Below, piece by piece: positions 46,761-61,289 of a DNA stretch of 64,000 nucleotides. This DNA is from Cycas panzhihuaensis. Lineage: Eukaryota; Plantae; Cycadophyta. A model generated the notes under the pieces. It did not search any database, had not been told where the DNA came from, and saw only the letters and a program-made list of their open reading frames with translations. Numbering within the stretch: the stretch's first letter is position 1; every line of letters begins with the position of its first letter. The translations under genes were made by a program, and so were the position numbers. The stretch is taken from contig CM041465.1 of assembly GCA_023213395.1 (NCBI GenBank), positions 250,363,741-250,427,740 on the forward strand, given 5' to 3'.

Positions 46761-49700
46761 TAATGATCCCTAATTCATTATTAGATTAGAAGTCAATTCT
46801 TATCACTAGGGAATTAATTTATTATTATTATTATTATGAAGTGGAAATCGATATTTTTATTATTATTATAAAATCAATTTTAAAAGAAGGGCCATTCTAA
46901 CACCTATAAATAGAGGGAGCCCTACCCTATCATGTATGCTTATTTCTATTTGCTATAATGGATTAATATCCCAAAATTTTGGCACTTCGATGCTTGAAAT
47001 TTTGGCTTTCCTATTTCAACTCTTTTGTTATTCTGGCTTTTGGTCCACTACAACTAGTATTAGATCTTCATTTTTTACCTATCAAGTATCTACATTTTTT
47101 TGGAGTGTAAATAGATAAATTTAGAAAATATAATTATAGATTTAAGATGAATAACCTTGTTCTCTAAATTTTAATAGTTATACTATAGGCTTTGGAGTAA
47201 AATTATGAAATTTATGGGGAATTTAATTTTTAGCCTATTCTCCACCATTGCTTTTAGGGCCTAAAACCTACTACTGCGACTTTAGATGACCATAAGCTTC
47301 TAATTAACCTTAACTTTTTTTTAAATTTGTGCATATCAAAGCATACTTTTTATGAGAAGTGGATTTAGCTCAACTGGATATTAGAGTTAAAAGTTACTAG
47401 TATTTTAGCAATAAGTACTATTGTAGTACTCAAAACCCTTAATTTATAGCCTAGTTTTAAAAGGCTATAACTTTTGCTATGTGTATCAAAATTCAATTTT
47501 ATTTAAGTTGTTGGAACCCTAATTTAGAGTCTATCATTTGAGTTATCATTTAATACATTTTAGAGTTGATTTAATATAGTAATTATTATTTAAAGTTGAT
47601 GTGAACTGATGGAGCTAGATATCCCTATTTTAACTAGAGGTTGTGGAGTGCAACCTATAGAATGGTTAGATATGATTGAAGAAAGCCTCAAAATCTCACC
47701 TAGAGTAATAAAAGGATGTTATTATCCAGTCATTAGCCATATTTGGATGGAAAACCTCATGAATGGGCCTTTAATAAGCTCTCTTTAACTAATTGGGAGT
47801 ATTTCTCATAATTTTTTCTTATAAGATTTGAAGAAAGAATTACAAAGTGGTGGTGTAAATACAGGAGTGATTTCATGACTGAAGACTTTACAAACTATAA
47901 GAATAAATATCAAGAGGAAGATAAAGATGAGGGAATCTTTACCAAACAAATAGGTCTAAAATATTTCAGAAAGGAAATGAAAGAAACATTTATTTAGGTG
48001 AAAAAATAATCTAGCAAGGAGCTTATTGAAGAATAACCTATTGAAGGACCTATTGATGATTAATGCAAAGAAAAGATAAGTGACACACATGAAGAACCAA
48101 TCAATTAGATCAAATTACACTTTAGTAAGGAACATACTAATGAGTAATGTAATGATGAAATAAGTGACACACATAAATTAGGAGAGGATATGCCTACTAA
48201 TGAGGAGCTCGAAAAAGAACCTAAAGTACAAGATATCTCTAGTAAGCTACTTGCTTTAAATTTTGATCATATCTTGAACTTATCTATTTCTTTTAGAATG
48301 TCCCTTATTCATCTTGATCATTTAAATTCTGTAGCCTTAAAAAATCCCTCATCGTTTATACAATAAGATCTATAAACAAACTAAAACTTGAAGCCCTAAA
48401 TCCCCAACTCCTAGTATGTAAAATTCTTATCTTATTTGAGATACCTCTTCACGACTCATTCCCTATGAAATTTCTCTATCACAATCCCTATATTTCTCAT
48501 CTTCCACAATTATTTCAATATGTATTAATCCCTAGTGTTATCATTATATACCCCCTCTATAAAGCATTCATTTTTTTCCCTTTACATCCCCACTCTCCCT
48601 ACCACTAACCTTCTTACTACCCTATGCATTTCCCCCTTAGTCCTTTGCATTACTCTATAAATCACCTTTATATGCCATTATTTAAACCCTTTTCCCTTGA
48701 GGAATGCCCAATCCTTATTCCCTATTCATTCTCCTTAATCCCCTTAAGCTGTAATTTCACTCATAAATCTAAATTTACTTATCTTTCATTCTATATATCA
48801 TCAGCCTTGGTATTTATAAATTCCTTTTGTTTATCTCTTATCACTACCCTATTAACCCTATATTTTACTCATGGATCAAACACTAATCAAATTTACTTCA
48901 CTACTTTTACCTCTTAACTCCTTATCCTAAAAAAATCTTGTATCAAATTTTCTAATCTAATTTCCATAGTCTATATCTTTATCATTTATTCTCTCATTTT
49001 CCCTTTAAGGATAATTATAAGTATATACCATATGAAAATGAAAGGCAAGACCTCAAGTATGTTGAAGACTATATATATAATTCCTAGGATTGTTTAAATA
49101 CAAGATCTTATATAAAATCCATCTTGAAAAGGGCATTATCATGAATGAGATACATACAGGTTACTTCAAAATAATGACATAAAGATGAACCTAATGCTTA
49201 TGATATTTTGTCCTCATCAAGTATTGGATTAAAGACATATAGATAATATTGTATAAGAAAGTACATGCCTTATATCTACATTTTCAAATAATAATACTTT
49301 GAGGGTGAAGTATTTTCTGTTAAATTGATAATGGAATGATAGATGAGTCATGCATGAATGAGTATTATTGAGAGTACTAGTGAATAAATACATTTAGGAT
49401 TTGTAACTCCCCTTAAACTAACTTGTAACTGAAACATTACATCATGACACATATTCTTTGATTACATAACATATATACGTAGAACTTTATCTAAAGACCC
49501 TTAATAAAATGTTTCACCCCAATACCCTCTCTTAATGTTTTATCCTTTTAACCCTATTTTGTCTCTAAGAATTTTAAATCTATCCTTTCTTAATGGCTTT
49601 ATTAATATATTAGCCACTTGATCACTTGTTGGGCAGTAAACAAGATCTATCTCTTTGTTTTAGACCTTTTCTTGAATAAAATGGTGGCGTACTTCAATGT

Positions 49701-52700
49701 GCTTGGTCCTAGCATGAAGTACTAGATTTTTGGTAAGTTTGATAGCACTCTAATTGTCACAATGGAGTATTATTAAGGTTCTTGTAGGTGATTCAGGAGT
49801 TGTCTTACCAATATTGCTTCAGCAATTATACTTACTGCTAATTTGTACTTTACCTTCATAGATGATAGCACTACAATTACTTAGTTTTTTCTACTCTAGG
49901 AGATTGGTGCTAAGCCTAGAAAGAAACAATGCCCATTGGTTGATTTCCTTTGTTCCTTATCACCTACCCAATCTGAATCATAAAAACCTGTCAGTTGATG
50001 AGATTTTTCTTTTAGAAATATCAATTTTAGTTCTATTGTTCCTTTTAGATATCTCAAAATCTTCTTTGAAATATTCCAATACTTTATTCTAAGCTCATGC
50101 ATATATCTTGATATCAGACGTATAACATATGAAATATCAAGTATGGTTGTTATAAGATAGATAAGATTATCAACGAGTTGTTTGTACAGAGTAGCATCAA
50201 CACAAGGTTCTTTCTCATTTGGAGCCAAGTTATAGTTTACTTCCATAGGAGTGGAACATGGATTATATTTGTCCATTTGGAACTTAATTAGCAGATATTT
50301 AATGCACTTGCTTTGACATAAGGGGATTGAACTACTTTGGTGATTAACTTGGATTCCTAAATAGTAGTTGAGAAGTCCTAGATTTGTCATCTCAAACTTG
50401 CTCTCTAGTTGACTCTTTATATTAGATATTGGTTCCTCATCATCACCAGTAAAGATCATGTCATCAACATATACCACTATTATAGTGATTGCACCATTGT
50501 TATTTTTTACTTACATACTTGTATCTGAGCTGCTCTTATGGAAACCATGCTTGTAAAGATAGTTATCTAATTTTGTATACCAAGCACAAGGAGCCTATTT
50601 CAAACCATATAGCACCTTTTTCAATTTATAGACCAAGTGCTCTTATCCCTATTTGATGTAACCCTTGAGTTATGATATATAGATTTCTTCTCATATTTCA
50701 CCATTCAAAAAGGCACTTTTGACATCTAGTTGGTATATCTTCCTATTCTTTTATACTGCCAGTGCTATTACTATTCTCATTATGTTTAGTTTATCCACAG
50801 GTGAAAGTTTCTTCATAATCCACTCCTATTGTTTATGTGTAGCCTTTTACAACTAGCCTAGCTTTATATTTTTCTATCTTCCCATTGGCTCCTTCCTTGA
50901 TTTTGTAGATCCATTTACAATTTACAACAGGCTTATTGGGTGGCAATTCAACTAGTTCCCAAGTCTGGTTTTTTATTATGGAGTCTAGTTTAGCATCCAT
51001 GGATTTTCTCTATTCAATATGATCTTTTACCTCAGTATATAATTATGGCTCTACATGACTAATCAAGGCTTTATGTTTTTTACTCCTTATTCTGTGAGGA
51101 AGTATCTTCCATTTTCATTCCTTAATGGTTTTGAGGTACCATTTGGAACCCTGTTTGCTTTTTAGTTTCATCTATCCTTGATTCTTCATATTCTTTACCT
51201 TTTGGAGTGGAATCTCTATGAAAGGCTTAGGGTGAAATAGGTTCTTCTGAGATATCCTTCGATGTTATGTTGGATTCTTCTTCTGAAGGAGTGTCTAGAG
51301 AAGTTATTTAAGGTGTTTGTTTGATTACTTAGATCTGGTTTGTATCCTCTTCTTTATCTTCTTCGTTGAAGATGGCATCCTAACTTATATATATTTTGTT
51401 TATCTTTATATCTATGTATTTGTAGGCTTCGGAGATTTTATTGTAACCAATCATAATGCATTCCAAACTTTTTAAATCAAGATTTGTTCTTTTTTTGTCT
51501 AGTAGGTGAATAAATGCTTAACTATTGAAAACTTTCAGATGATTTACATCTAGCTTTCTTCCTGTCCATGCTTCTTTACGAGTAAGATGGTCCACTGCCT
51601 TGGTTGGGCTTCTATTTAGTAAGTAGAAAGTCCTATTGACTGCTTTAGCCCAATATATTTTTGGAACATTTTTCTCATGCATCATGCTTCAAGCCATTTC
51701 TATAAAGACTTTGTTTTTCCTTTTCATAAACCCATTAGATTGGGGTGTGTAGGGTATTGTAAATTGCCTCTTTATTCTATTAGTCATACAATATTCTAAA
51801 ATATCTTTGGAGATGTACTTACCTTTGCCATTATATCTTATGCACTTGATTCTTGCCTCTGCCTCTAGCTTTATTTGAGCTTTAAATTCTTTAAATACAT
51901 CATAGACTTTTGATGTATTATATAGGATGTAAACCTAGATTTTTTTGGTCAAATCATCTATGAATATGAGAAAGTATCTACATCCATTGATGGAATTTGG
52001 AGTGAATGGGCCACATGAGTCAGTATGAATTAGTTCTAATTTTTGTTGGGCTCGCCACTTGTTTTCTTAGAAGGGTAACTTATGTTGTTTTCCTGATTAG
52101 TAACTTTTACATATAAAATTATTAGATGTAATTAAGGATAGACCACTTACTCAACCTTCATATTTTTTAATTTGCCTATAGAAAGATGACCATACTTTAA
52201 ATACCATATTTTATCATTATGATTTACTATAGTACATGCTTTTACATTAAGTAAAACATAAGGTGAAAGTAGCCTATATAGGTCATTACTTTTAGCCCCT
52301 TTTGTAATTACATGGCCATTATTTTTCATATCAAGGATATAATAAAATCCTTTTTCATGAAAAATAGTATGTAACCCTTTTTTCCTAAGTTGGGAGATAG
52401 ATAATAGGTTCATTTTCAGACCTGAAATGAAGGGTACATTTCTATTTTTTTTTAACATTATCCTACATTTGGATAGCTATAATTCCCACTCCTTTTATTT
52501 CAAGAGGATATTTGCCCCCTAATTCCACTTTTCTATATGAAGAGTATGGTCACATGTTTTCAAACCATTCTTCTCAGTTGGTCATGTGGCATGGTGCTCC
52601 TGAGTCAATATACCACACATCCTTGTCTTGGAGGCTTACTGTAAGCATGACAATGAAAGTTGTCTCTTCTTCTTCATCATCACCAGTCTATTCTTTACTG

Positions 52701-54818
52701 TAGTTTTCCATTGGGTGCTTCCCTCTCTAAATGTTTGCTTTCTTGACTAAGCATTAGTAAGGGAAATGTCCTAGTTGGCCACAATGATAGCACACATCAA
52801 ATCCCTACATGAACTTGTAAAATGACCAATCTTATCATAATTATAACAAATTCTTAGGGTTGTACTACATCCCTGTCCTCTTGCATCTTGCCAATGACTT
52901 TGTGATGGAGCATAAACTTTTGGAGTTTTCCCTCTTCCTCTACTTTGGCCTTTGGATCCTAAGTTTAGTCTAGAGGAAAATGCATCCTCATATCTTTTGT
53001 TCCTTTACTCTTGTCTTAGTAAGAATCTTGCCAGTGTATCTAATGTCATTATTATTATCTGATCAATGTTGGTGATGGTATTTATTATTACATCAAATAA
53101 TTTGGATAATTTGTTGGCCACCATTTCTACTAACTTTTGGTTGATAATTAGAGCACTGATACTAGAAAGATCATTTCTTAGTGAAATCACTTTATGCATA
53201 AATTTAGTGACAGTTTCAAACTCTTTCATATGGAGTTTAAATAATTCTTCTTTTAAGGCTACTATTTTGGCCTTATTTTTTTGCCCATACAAGTTCTTAA
53301 GGCATTTCCAAATACTTGTAGTGGAAGATAGATTCTCAACATATATAAGAAGGGTATCTGATATTGAAAGTTTTAATATTATAACCCTGCACTATCCTAT
53401 TATTCCTAGTTAGTTAACTTAGTCCTAGTAGTCTTGGGTTTAGCTTCAGTTCCTGTCGTAATTCTCTAAGTATTTTTAGCTCTCAAGAGTGTTTCTATTT
53501 TTATTTTCTAAATATGATAGTTGTTGTCAATAAGTTTATCACCATCAAACAAGGCTAAGATAGATGAAGTCATCTTAGAATGAAGAACAGCCGTCTAAAA
53601 ACCTTAGGTTATATAACTATACGGAATTTATACAACATCCTAACTATACAGAATGGTACATAATGTACCTCAAAAGGAAGGTCTTTTTAAATTGATTCTG
53701 AATCTAAAATTATTTTTTTAGAACTATCTTTCAATCTCCAGGAAAATAACTCGAAAGCCAGAGAGGGGCAATTAGGGTTTTCAGGAATAATCCTTCAAAA
53801 ATCTAAAAATACTCCATAAAAATTGATTAAAAAAATCTCAAAATCTTTGAAAGACTAAATCTCAGAGTTTATGATAGATTTCACCTAGAGAAAACTAAGA
53901 TTTTTGTAGTAGATCTCTTTAAACCTGTGTGGGTAGAAAATTAGCCCAAAGTACTTCAAGATGACCTCAAATGATGTCATGCTAGTTGAGAGAAATGATG
54001 CCCTAGATGAGATCTATCTCCTCACCAATTTTTGTCTAATTCTTAATACTTGCAGAAGACCACATTCATACGGTTCCATACAGGTCCTTTCCTAACTACT
54101 TCTGTAGTGTTATTCACTCTTCAAAAGAACTTCAACCTTTCTCCTTCCTCCTTTTGCTCTAAAGCCTCTCTTCTTTCTCCTTTTGCTCTGAATTTCTTGA
54201 AATGTCTAACAGACAATTAAGACCCTGCTTCTCCAGATCAAATAAGCAGTCAGACCTACTTTGATACCATGTTAGATTAACAATGGAATGATAGATGAGT
54301 AATTATTGAATGAGTATTATCAAGATTACTAGTGAATAAATGCATTTAGGGTTTATAACTCCCCTTAAACTAACTTGTAACAGAAACATTACATCATAAC
54401 ACGTGTCCTTCAGTTACATAACATACATGCGTAGAACTTTATCTAAAGACCTTAGATAAAATATTACACCCCAATATTTTCTAAGGAATAGAGGGAATAT
54501 AATGATCCCTAAATTATTATTAAATTAAAAGTCTATTTTTACTATTAAAAAGTTAAATTTTCATTATTATTATTATGAAGTGGAAGTTGGTATTTTTAAT
54601 ATTATTATAAAGTTGGTTTTTAAAGGAGGGATATTTTAATACCTATAAATAGATGGAGCCCTACCTCATTATGTATACTTATTTCTATTTGATATAATAG
54701 ATTAACATCCTAAATTTTTGACACTTTATTGCCTAGAAATTTGGCTTTTCTATTTCAACTTTTATTATTAGTTTATTATTTTAAACTTTCTTATTATTTT
54801 AGATTTTTCTCTACTATA
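46761..54818 (+). mobile_element. Element H: non-autonomous Gypsy-derived element (gag relic + acidic tract + pyrimidine-rich tract), interrupted by I
   Basis: LTRs 46761-47052 and 54500-54818. Degenerate PBS tagtattagatc 47055-47066. PPT aaggaatagagggaa 54483-54497. Gag-like LDGKPHEW at ~47743-47766. The chromovirus-type end ttgagggtgaagtattttc|taagg is rejoined across I. TSD not preserved. Confidence 0.83.
49318..54476 (-). mobile_element. Element I: full-length degenerate Ty1/Copia with short LTRs (Ale/Ivana-like)
   Basis: 207-bp LTRs at 49318-49524 and 54270-54476 (~28 differences). Perfect TSD TTTTC at 49313-49317 and 54477-54481. PBS rc tggtatcaaagt 54258-54269. PPT rc ttaagagaggg 49525-49535. 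Gag ORF 53005-53292, two Zn knuckles 52750-52850, protease YIDSGAPCHMT ~52580-52615, RT/RH ORF 49896-50477 (YVDD, DSDWVGD). Confidence 0.96.
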
Positions 54819-57444
54819 ACTATCATTGCATCATAACTATTCTTATCATAGATATCCCTCTCTACAAACTCACTTTCTTACAAAACGCACATATGCATAC
54901 TTAGTATGATGTTGATGTGCGGTCTCCATCTAATAGACCATGCTCCTTCACAACATCCTTCCTTTGCACTTTACCCTTTACAACTCAATGTCACATACCA
55001 CTTATTCATAGGATTTACATTGCCTTTACTTATAACTTCATCTATTAGTATCTCCTTTGTATGATTAACCCACTTATGAGTGGAATTTGATGTGACCATA
55101 TGTCCTTAATCTAATGATTAACACTTACTTATGACTTACTCTCTTCATGAACTTCTATTTTGTGACTTCTCTTCTCTGTGGGGCTCTTTAATGGTCACCA
55201 TGTCTCTCTAATCAAATGATTTTCATTCTATTATAGCCTCTTCTCTCATGAACTCTTCATTCATTCAAACTCATGTATACCTATAAGTTTTACCCTACAC
55301 GATGCCTCTTAATCAATGCTAAGTGTCCTTTGATCTGGTAATTATTGCTTACTCGTAACTTCACTTATTCATAGCCTTTTATCCTTTTTTCCTTATCTCC
55401 CTTATGATTATCACTATTATGTAGACCTTAGATGTATATGAACTATATAATTATCCAATAGTTTCAATGTCATAACACTTCATTTTACTCATGCTTATAA
55501 CCTTTACTCTTTATGACTACCTGTCTCCCTTATAACTTGTGAATTGTAAGCTGCAATATTACTCAATCCTTTGTCCTTTATCCTTTCACTTTCATTTCTC
55601 TATAAGTACTTCCATGTGACGTTCTTTATCACTACCATCTATATGTTCATTGACAACCATATTTACATCGAGATTTCTATACCTTATAGATCCTCTTTCT
55701 CATTAGTTATAAAATTGTCATTCGTATTTTAGTGAAAGGCTAATGTGAGAAGTCTTTAACTCCAAAACACTCCACTACATATTTTTCCTTGAGTACTCAT
55801 AGTCATAGGGATGCTCCCATATCATTCTTCTCCTATTATAAAAATTTTGTACTCCAATTCAAAGGCTCTACTCTTGCCTACCATGCTTTTACTATACTTA
55901 ACCTTCCTTCTTTTGAGTTACTATCTTAAGAAATGTCTTTAACTACACTCATTTTTGCTACAACTAACATCTTATAGAAACAAAGAGATTAACAAAACAA
56001 TAAAATAATTTTATCTCTATAAATACTCTTTTGTCTATAGACACCACTTCTCCTTTCTTTTAATTCAAAAAGTAGTTATTCCTCATGGATCAAGTACTTT
56101 ATCTTAGACACTCAATTATCATTGTATCATCTTTGATTTCTCAACCTTTAAGCTCCTTTACTCATGCTTCATATCCTTCCTAGGATGTTCATCCTATACC
56201 TCCTCTCCTCATTGTGTATAATCACAAATATCATTCTTATAAACCTTATGCATTCCCTTCCTAGCAGAAATGTACTTCTCCTCCTCTATTTTCTCCTCTA
56301 TCTTCTCTGTCTCTTCTAAATCCACTATAATACTTCTTGTGCCAAAATCCATATAAGATAATACAAATTCATGGTTGCCACTTGAATTATTCCACTTCTC
56401 TATCTTCTTCATCTTCTTTAAGGCCCATGCCTCTACAAACTTCCACACATCATCATTTAGAATGCTTCTATATCTATTTTAGTTACTCTCATCAATAACT
56501 ATTTCATTCACTTTCTCCTTCAAGCAAAATTTCTCTTTGTTTATCATAAGCCTCCCTTCAATTATCTCCTTCACTTCATTGTCCTCTAAGTATACATATG
56601 TAGTTTCCATAACTATATTCTTTTTTATGGTCTCATCCTCTTCAACATTCTTTTCAATATTAACATCTTCTCTTCCTTTATCTACTACTTCTTTTAAAAG
56701 AAGATATTAATTTCAATTTTATATTTTTATATCTACTTCTTTTCAATATTAATATCTTCTTTTTTCACCATTAATTTTATCTTCTTTCTACAGGTGAAGG
56801 TAGAAACTGTCTCTATGTGTTTTGCATCGAGTTAATTTTATCATACAATCAATCTAATACAATTTACGTTACTTGTCTACATGCTTCCTACAAAGCTCTA
56901 TTATGGGATTAACATGTGGGTGATTTTTAAGAGGTTACATCTCTATGCTTTACAAGTCACCTTCTTTGACTAGACATGCTTTACATTTCATATCTATGTG
57001 GTAGTGATTATCCTCTTCTAATTAGCAATATCTCTCTACGAGTTTCCCACTCATCTCCTTTGTCTTGAATCAATTTGTAAGTTTGTGCAAAGTTTCTCCA
57101 TTGTATGTAGGGCCAATGATGCCAACCATGGTATTTGATTTATGTGTCAATGACATACATAGTTGTCAAGTAATTAGTTTTACACACTTTGCATCTTTTA
57201 AGTTGTCCTTATCAAGTTAAGGGCATTAATTACTTGCTTCTAATGTGTTATGTTGCTTCTTTTGCTTACCATCACCCCAAAGGTGATCCTCATGGGATCA
57301 AATGGATTCTTTCCTATTGTTAATATTAGATACATTCATATAATCATGGCTACAAAATGAATTAAGTGCATTTTGGTAGCCCTTCTTATTCTATACAATG
57401 CTACTTGCCTTTATCTATGATTCTCCTTTGGGTTGTATAGAGTG

Positions 57445-57457
57445 ACTCTCTCTCTCT

Positions 57458-57492
<35 letters not shown>
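57445..57492. repeat. (CT)n-(TA)n microsatellite
   Basis: Directly visible. Confidence 0.95.
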
Positions 57493-57493
<1 letters not shown>

Positions 57494-57499
57494 CTTTTA

Positions 57500-59044
57500 T
57501 ATAAAGCATATAAAACATGGATTTCATATTACCACCAAATAGCAAGGAAATAACTATACAGTGAGGAAATGGCTATACATTTTAAAACCTTGGAGGATTT
57601 CTAGGTTTAAAGCATAAACAAACACATATTTTCTCTTTTCAGATTTCCATAAATTTTTTTGTTAACATATATTCTTGTACTACTACAACATATTATGGAA
57701 ATATTATAAATAAATCCAAACTAAAACAGAAATATATTTGAAGATTTTTTACCCTAAAGGGTATATACTTTTATCACTCAAACCCTCTCATATTTAAGAC
57801 TAATTGATACATACAATTTTTTTTTTAATTGTTTTAAATAAAAAACATATCTTGGAAACAAAAAATATGAGAATGGTTATCAAGAAATTTTTAAAGTTTT
57901 GATAACCTTCTTATGGCCTCAGAATTGGCAGTAGATCCTAATTATAGGACACCTACAAAGGCCTCCAAATTGAGGTTGAAAATATGCTATATAAATCTTT
58001 TTTACCATTTCTTTTTCAATAGAGTGGCTGCCACTATAGGGTGATCAAGCCTATATGAGCAGATGATCTACTCTCTTTTCTTTTTTCAAAATAATAGATT
58101 TAAGGTCATATTTTATGACCTCTAAAATAGAACCTACATATAATTTTTTATGGTGCCACATGTACTTAATAATGGTCACAAAAGTATTTTGATACATCAA
58201 GAAACCTTGTTATTTTTACCATATTCTGCCTCTTTCTACAATTCCAAATAGGCTCTATAATAGCTTCAAAATAGTTCTTTTAGTAATTTTGAACTACTCC
58301 AAAATAAGCTTGTAACAACCTTTAAAAATAACTCCAAAATATACCTTCAAATCAACTTTTATTTATAACTGGAAATATGATGAAAGAACTTATGAAACAT
58401 GCTTTAAACAACCTTTAAACAACTTGAAAATTAAGTATTGTAACAACATCAAGAAACCCCTTAAAATGACTCAAAATTAGCAATAAAATTACCCCATAAA
58501 CTTCGAAAGACAATAATAATAATACCCTCTAAATGTGCATAAAATATATTAAAATATAACCCTCAAATATCTTGAAAAAGATTCTTCAAATGAATAAATC
58601 AAGTCACTGAAACGTGCACAAAATTAGGTTCTTAAACAACATTGAAATGGCTCTAAAGGATGAATAAAATAGGCTTAAGAAATATGCCCTCAAAATTTTG
58701 AACCTTGTGCTCTGATATCATGTTAAGATTTAGAATGTAGCACATAACAATGGATAAATGAGGGTGAGTGAAAGAATGATAAAATGAATCACTAGAATGA
58801 TAAAGCATATATAAGGTAACATGATGAATTAGGAAAAATAGGAAACTTTAAATTAACATAAAGATGATATATATACTTATAGTATAACTCACCACATGTG
58901 TGAAAACCCTAAAAATCAACTATTGTGTATTATTACACATTTCTATATGGCACACAACTCAAAGAGACCTATAATATAAAATATAAATAAATTAGAGAGT
59001 GTGTGAATGGGGGTTGAATATATAATTAGATATTACATTCAACA
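57500..59044 (-). mobile_element. Truncated LTR element: 5' LTR (58721-59044) + PBS + leader
   Basis: TGTTAAGA...TTCAACA 324-bp unit. The adjacent gctctgatatca (rc tgatatcagagc, tRNA-Met PBS with one mismatch) is at 58709-58720. The left extent is uncertain and no coding domains are seen. Confidence 0.7.
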
Positions 59045-61289
59045 CACATTGATTAGAGGATTTACAACTTGATTACAATATAAGAAACATAATCTTAGCA
59101 TGGCATCCACAGGATGTAAGATATTGAGTTGACTATAAGCATTGGCCTCCACTCATATTTAATGCTAGTGTAGTTTATTTGTAAGTAATTATTGATTCTT
59201 TGAATTAAATTGTAATTGTATAGGGAAAATAAGCTATATTTTAATTAATATGGCTAATCTAAAGGGGATCCTCATTTTGTCTATATATCAATGTTAAATG
59301 GGTGGCGTTGAAGAATAAGATTATACTTTGAAGCAATCTACTTTTGATGTGGGATAGGTAGTGAAAGAGTGTCATTCTATGATAAAGTTATAGAAAGGCC
59401 TAATAGTGACAAAGTGTTAATTAGGTGTACATACTTTAGTATGCTTAGTCACTTTAGGGAAGGGAATGATTTTAAGTATTAAAAGGAGAAAAATAATGGG
59501 ATTTAGTTTAAAAAACTAAAAGTCTATATATAACTAAATCACATTTATCAAACTATAGTGATTAGGTCTTTGATCTTAATCAATTGAATATTTAATAGCC
59601 TTAAATGATCATGTCTTATTTGTAATATATAAGGAAAATAATGAAATATGATCCTTTATGAATTTAACCATTTTTTTCCTATTGCTTTTATTCTTCTTTA
59701 TTTTAGAACAATCTAGTTAACCAACAAGCAATAATTATCCCTGAAAATGAGGTGGTCTGGTAATACCTTCTAGTAACACTACCTTATTATGTTTTCACTC
59801 TAGTTATTAGACATATATTTAGCATTCCTATCCTTGCAATTAAGTTAACAACATTAGGCATGTCACTCTTCTTAGTATAATAAGTAGTGTGTAGAAGGCC
59901 TTGTGATAGGTTAAGTATCTAATAAAAATTGAATAGATATCCAATGAGATATTAGTGAGATAGAGCTAGCAATAATATAAATAATGGTAATGTTAAGTTG
60001 ATCTAAGATTCTTTTGAAGAATGATAAACCTTAATCATTCCCTAATAAGAAAGGAATGATGGATGAATAGTTTAATAATTAGAAGATTTGTTAAAGAATC
60101 CTTGTCTCTTCTAAATAAATTAGAAATGAATGTTGTAGTAAAATTAAATCATGACTTGTCCATTTTATTTGTATGAGAACTAACCCCTCAACCCCAATTA
60201 AAAAAAAAAAAGGTATCATTCAAAAGAAATAAAAGGGGATTTATTTTCCATTACTTCCCTCTACTAAGAGGGGGTGTATTGTTGATGTTATAAATAATTC
60301 AAGAGATCTTGATAAAATAAGTTAGAATTTATACTAATCAAAAGAAATTAAAATCAACAATGATTAAAAGAAATTAAAATTGTTATTAATAAAAAGAAAT
60401 AAAAATAGAACTTGACTTTTAAATATCAAAAGAGATATAATAAAATCTAATTTATCTAAGACAAATCAATATAAATGTAATGGAATAGAGTATACTTCCT
60501 TTATTATTATTCTAAGATATATATAAAACAATACTGCTTAAAATATGCCATGGTATGGTTACACATATTCTAATTCTCTACCATAAGTGAATAAATAAAA
60601 AATAGATATTAAAAAAATATTGAAATCACCTGATTAGAATCAAAGGTGAATATGTATATTTGTTCTCATACTCTAAGATAGAATAAATAAACAAAAGTTA
60701 AATTTAATCCATGTAATTAAAATTCTTTGACATATCAATGAAAGTAGTTATAAACAAATAGTGGGTAAGAATACATAATGGATTATGAATAGTGTACCTT
60801 CAACAAAAGTGTAAATATCAATACTTTGGTTGAAGTTTATTTTGTTAGTTCCTATCGAAGAAATTAGTTTTCTTAAGAAAATTGGTATTTTGAGAGAGAA
60901 TTAGAAAGTTAATTTTAAAAAAAAAACTATAAATAGAGAAACTTTATTTATTTGTAAGTATATTAGAGAATTTAATATTTTATGCGACTCATGGCTTAAT
61001 GTCATTAGAACGTACTATGCCAACTAGGAAGACATCCTTGCCTTAAAGAGGGCGTTATATATAGAATTTCATCTGTTATGATTATTTATATTGCTATTAT
61101 AATTTTAAATTAGTGCTACAAATCATAATATTATTTTGTGGATAAATTATCTTGGCTTTATGGTGAAATTTTGCTATGATGAAGATGATAATCTTATGTA
61201 TGCACGCTAAATTACTATTATTTTCAAATTTTCTTTGTGATTATTATAATTTCTATCATATTGCTATAACTACTATGAAAATTACTAGC

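Noticed and set aside
56760-57430. Possible Copia LTR end/PBS (ccaaccatggtattt ~57122) and gag start (IKL..NYLL)
   Set aside because: The motifs are too degenerate to support a call without a profile search.
59045-61280. AT-rich spacer searched for exons, MITEs and RNA genes
   Set aside because: No supportable TIR pair, ORF or RNA motif was found by eye.
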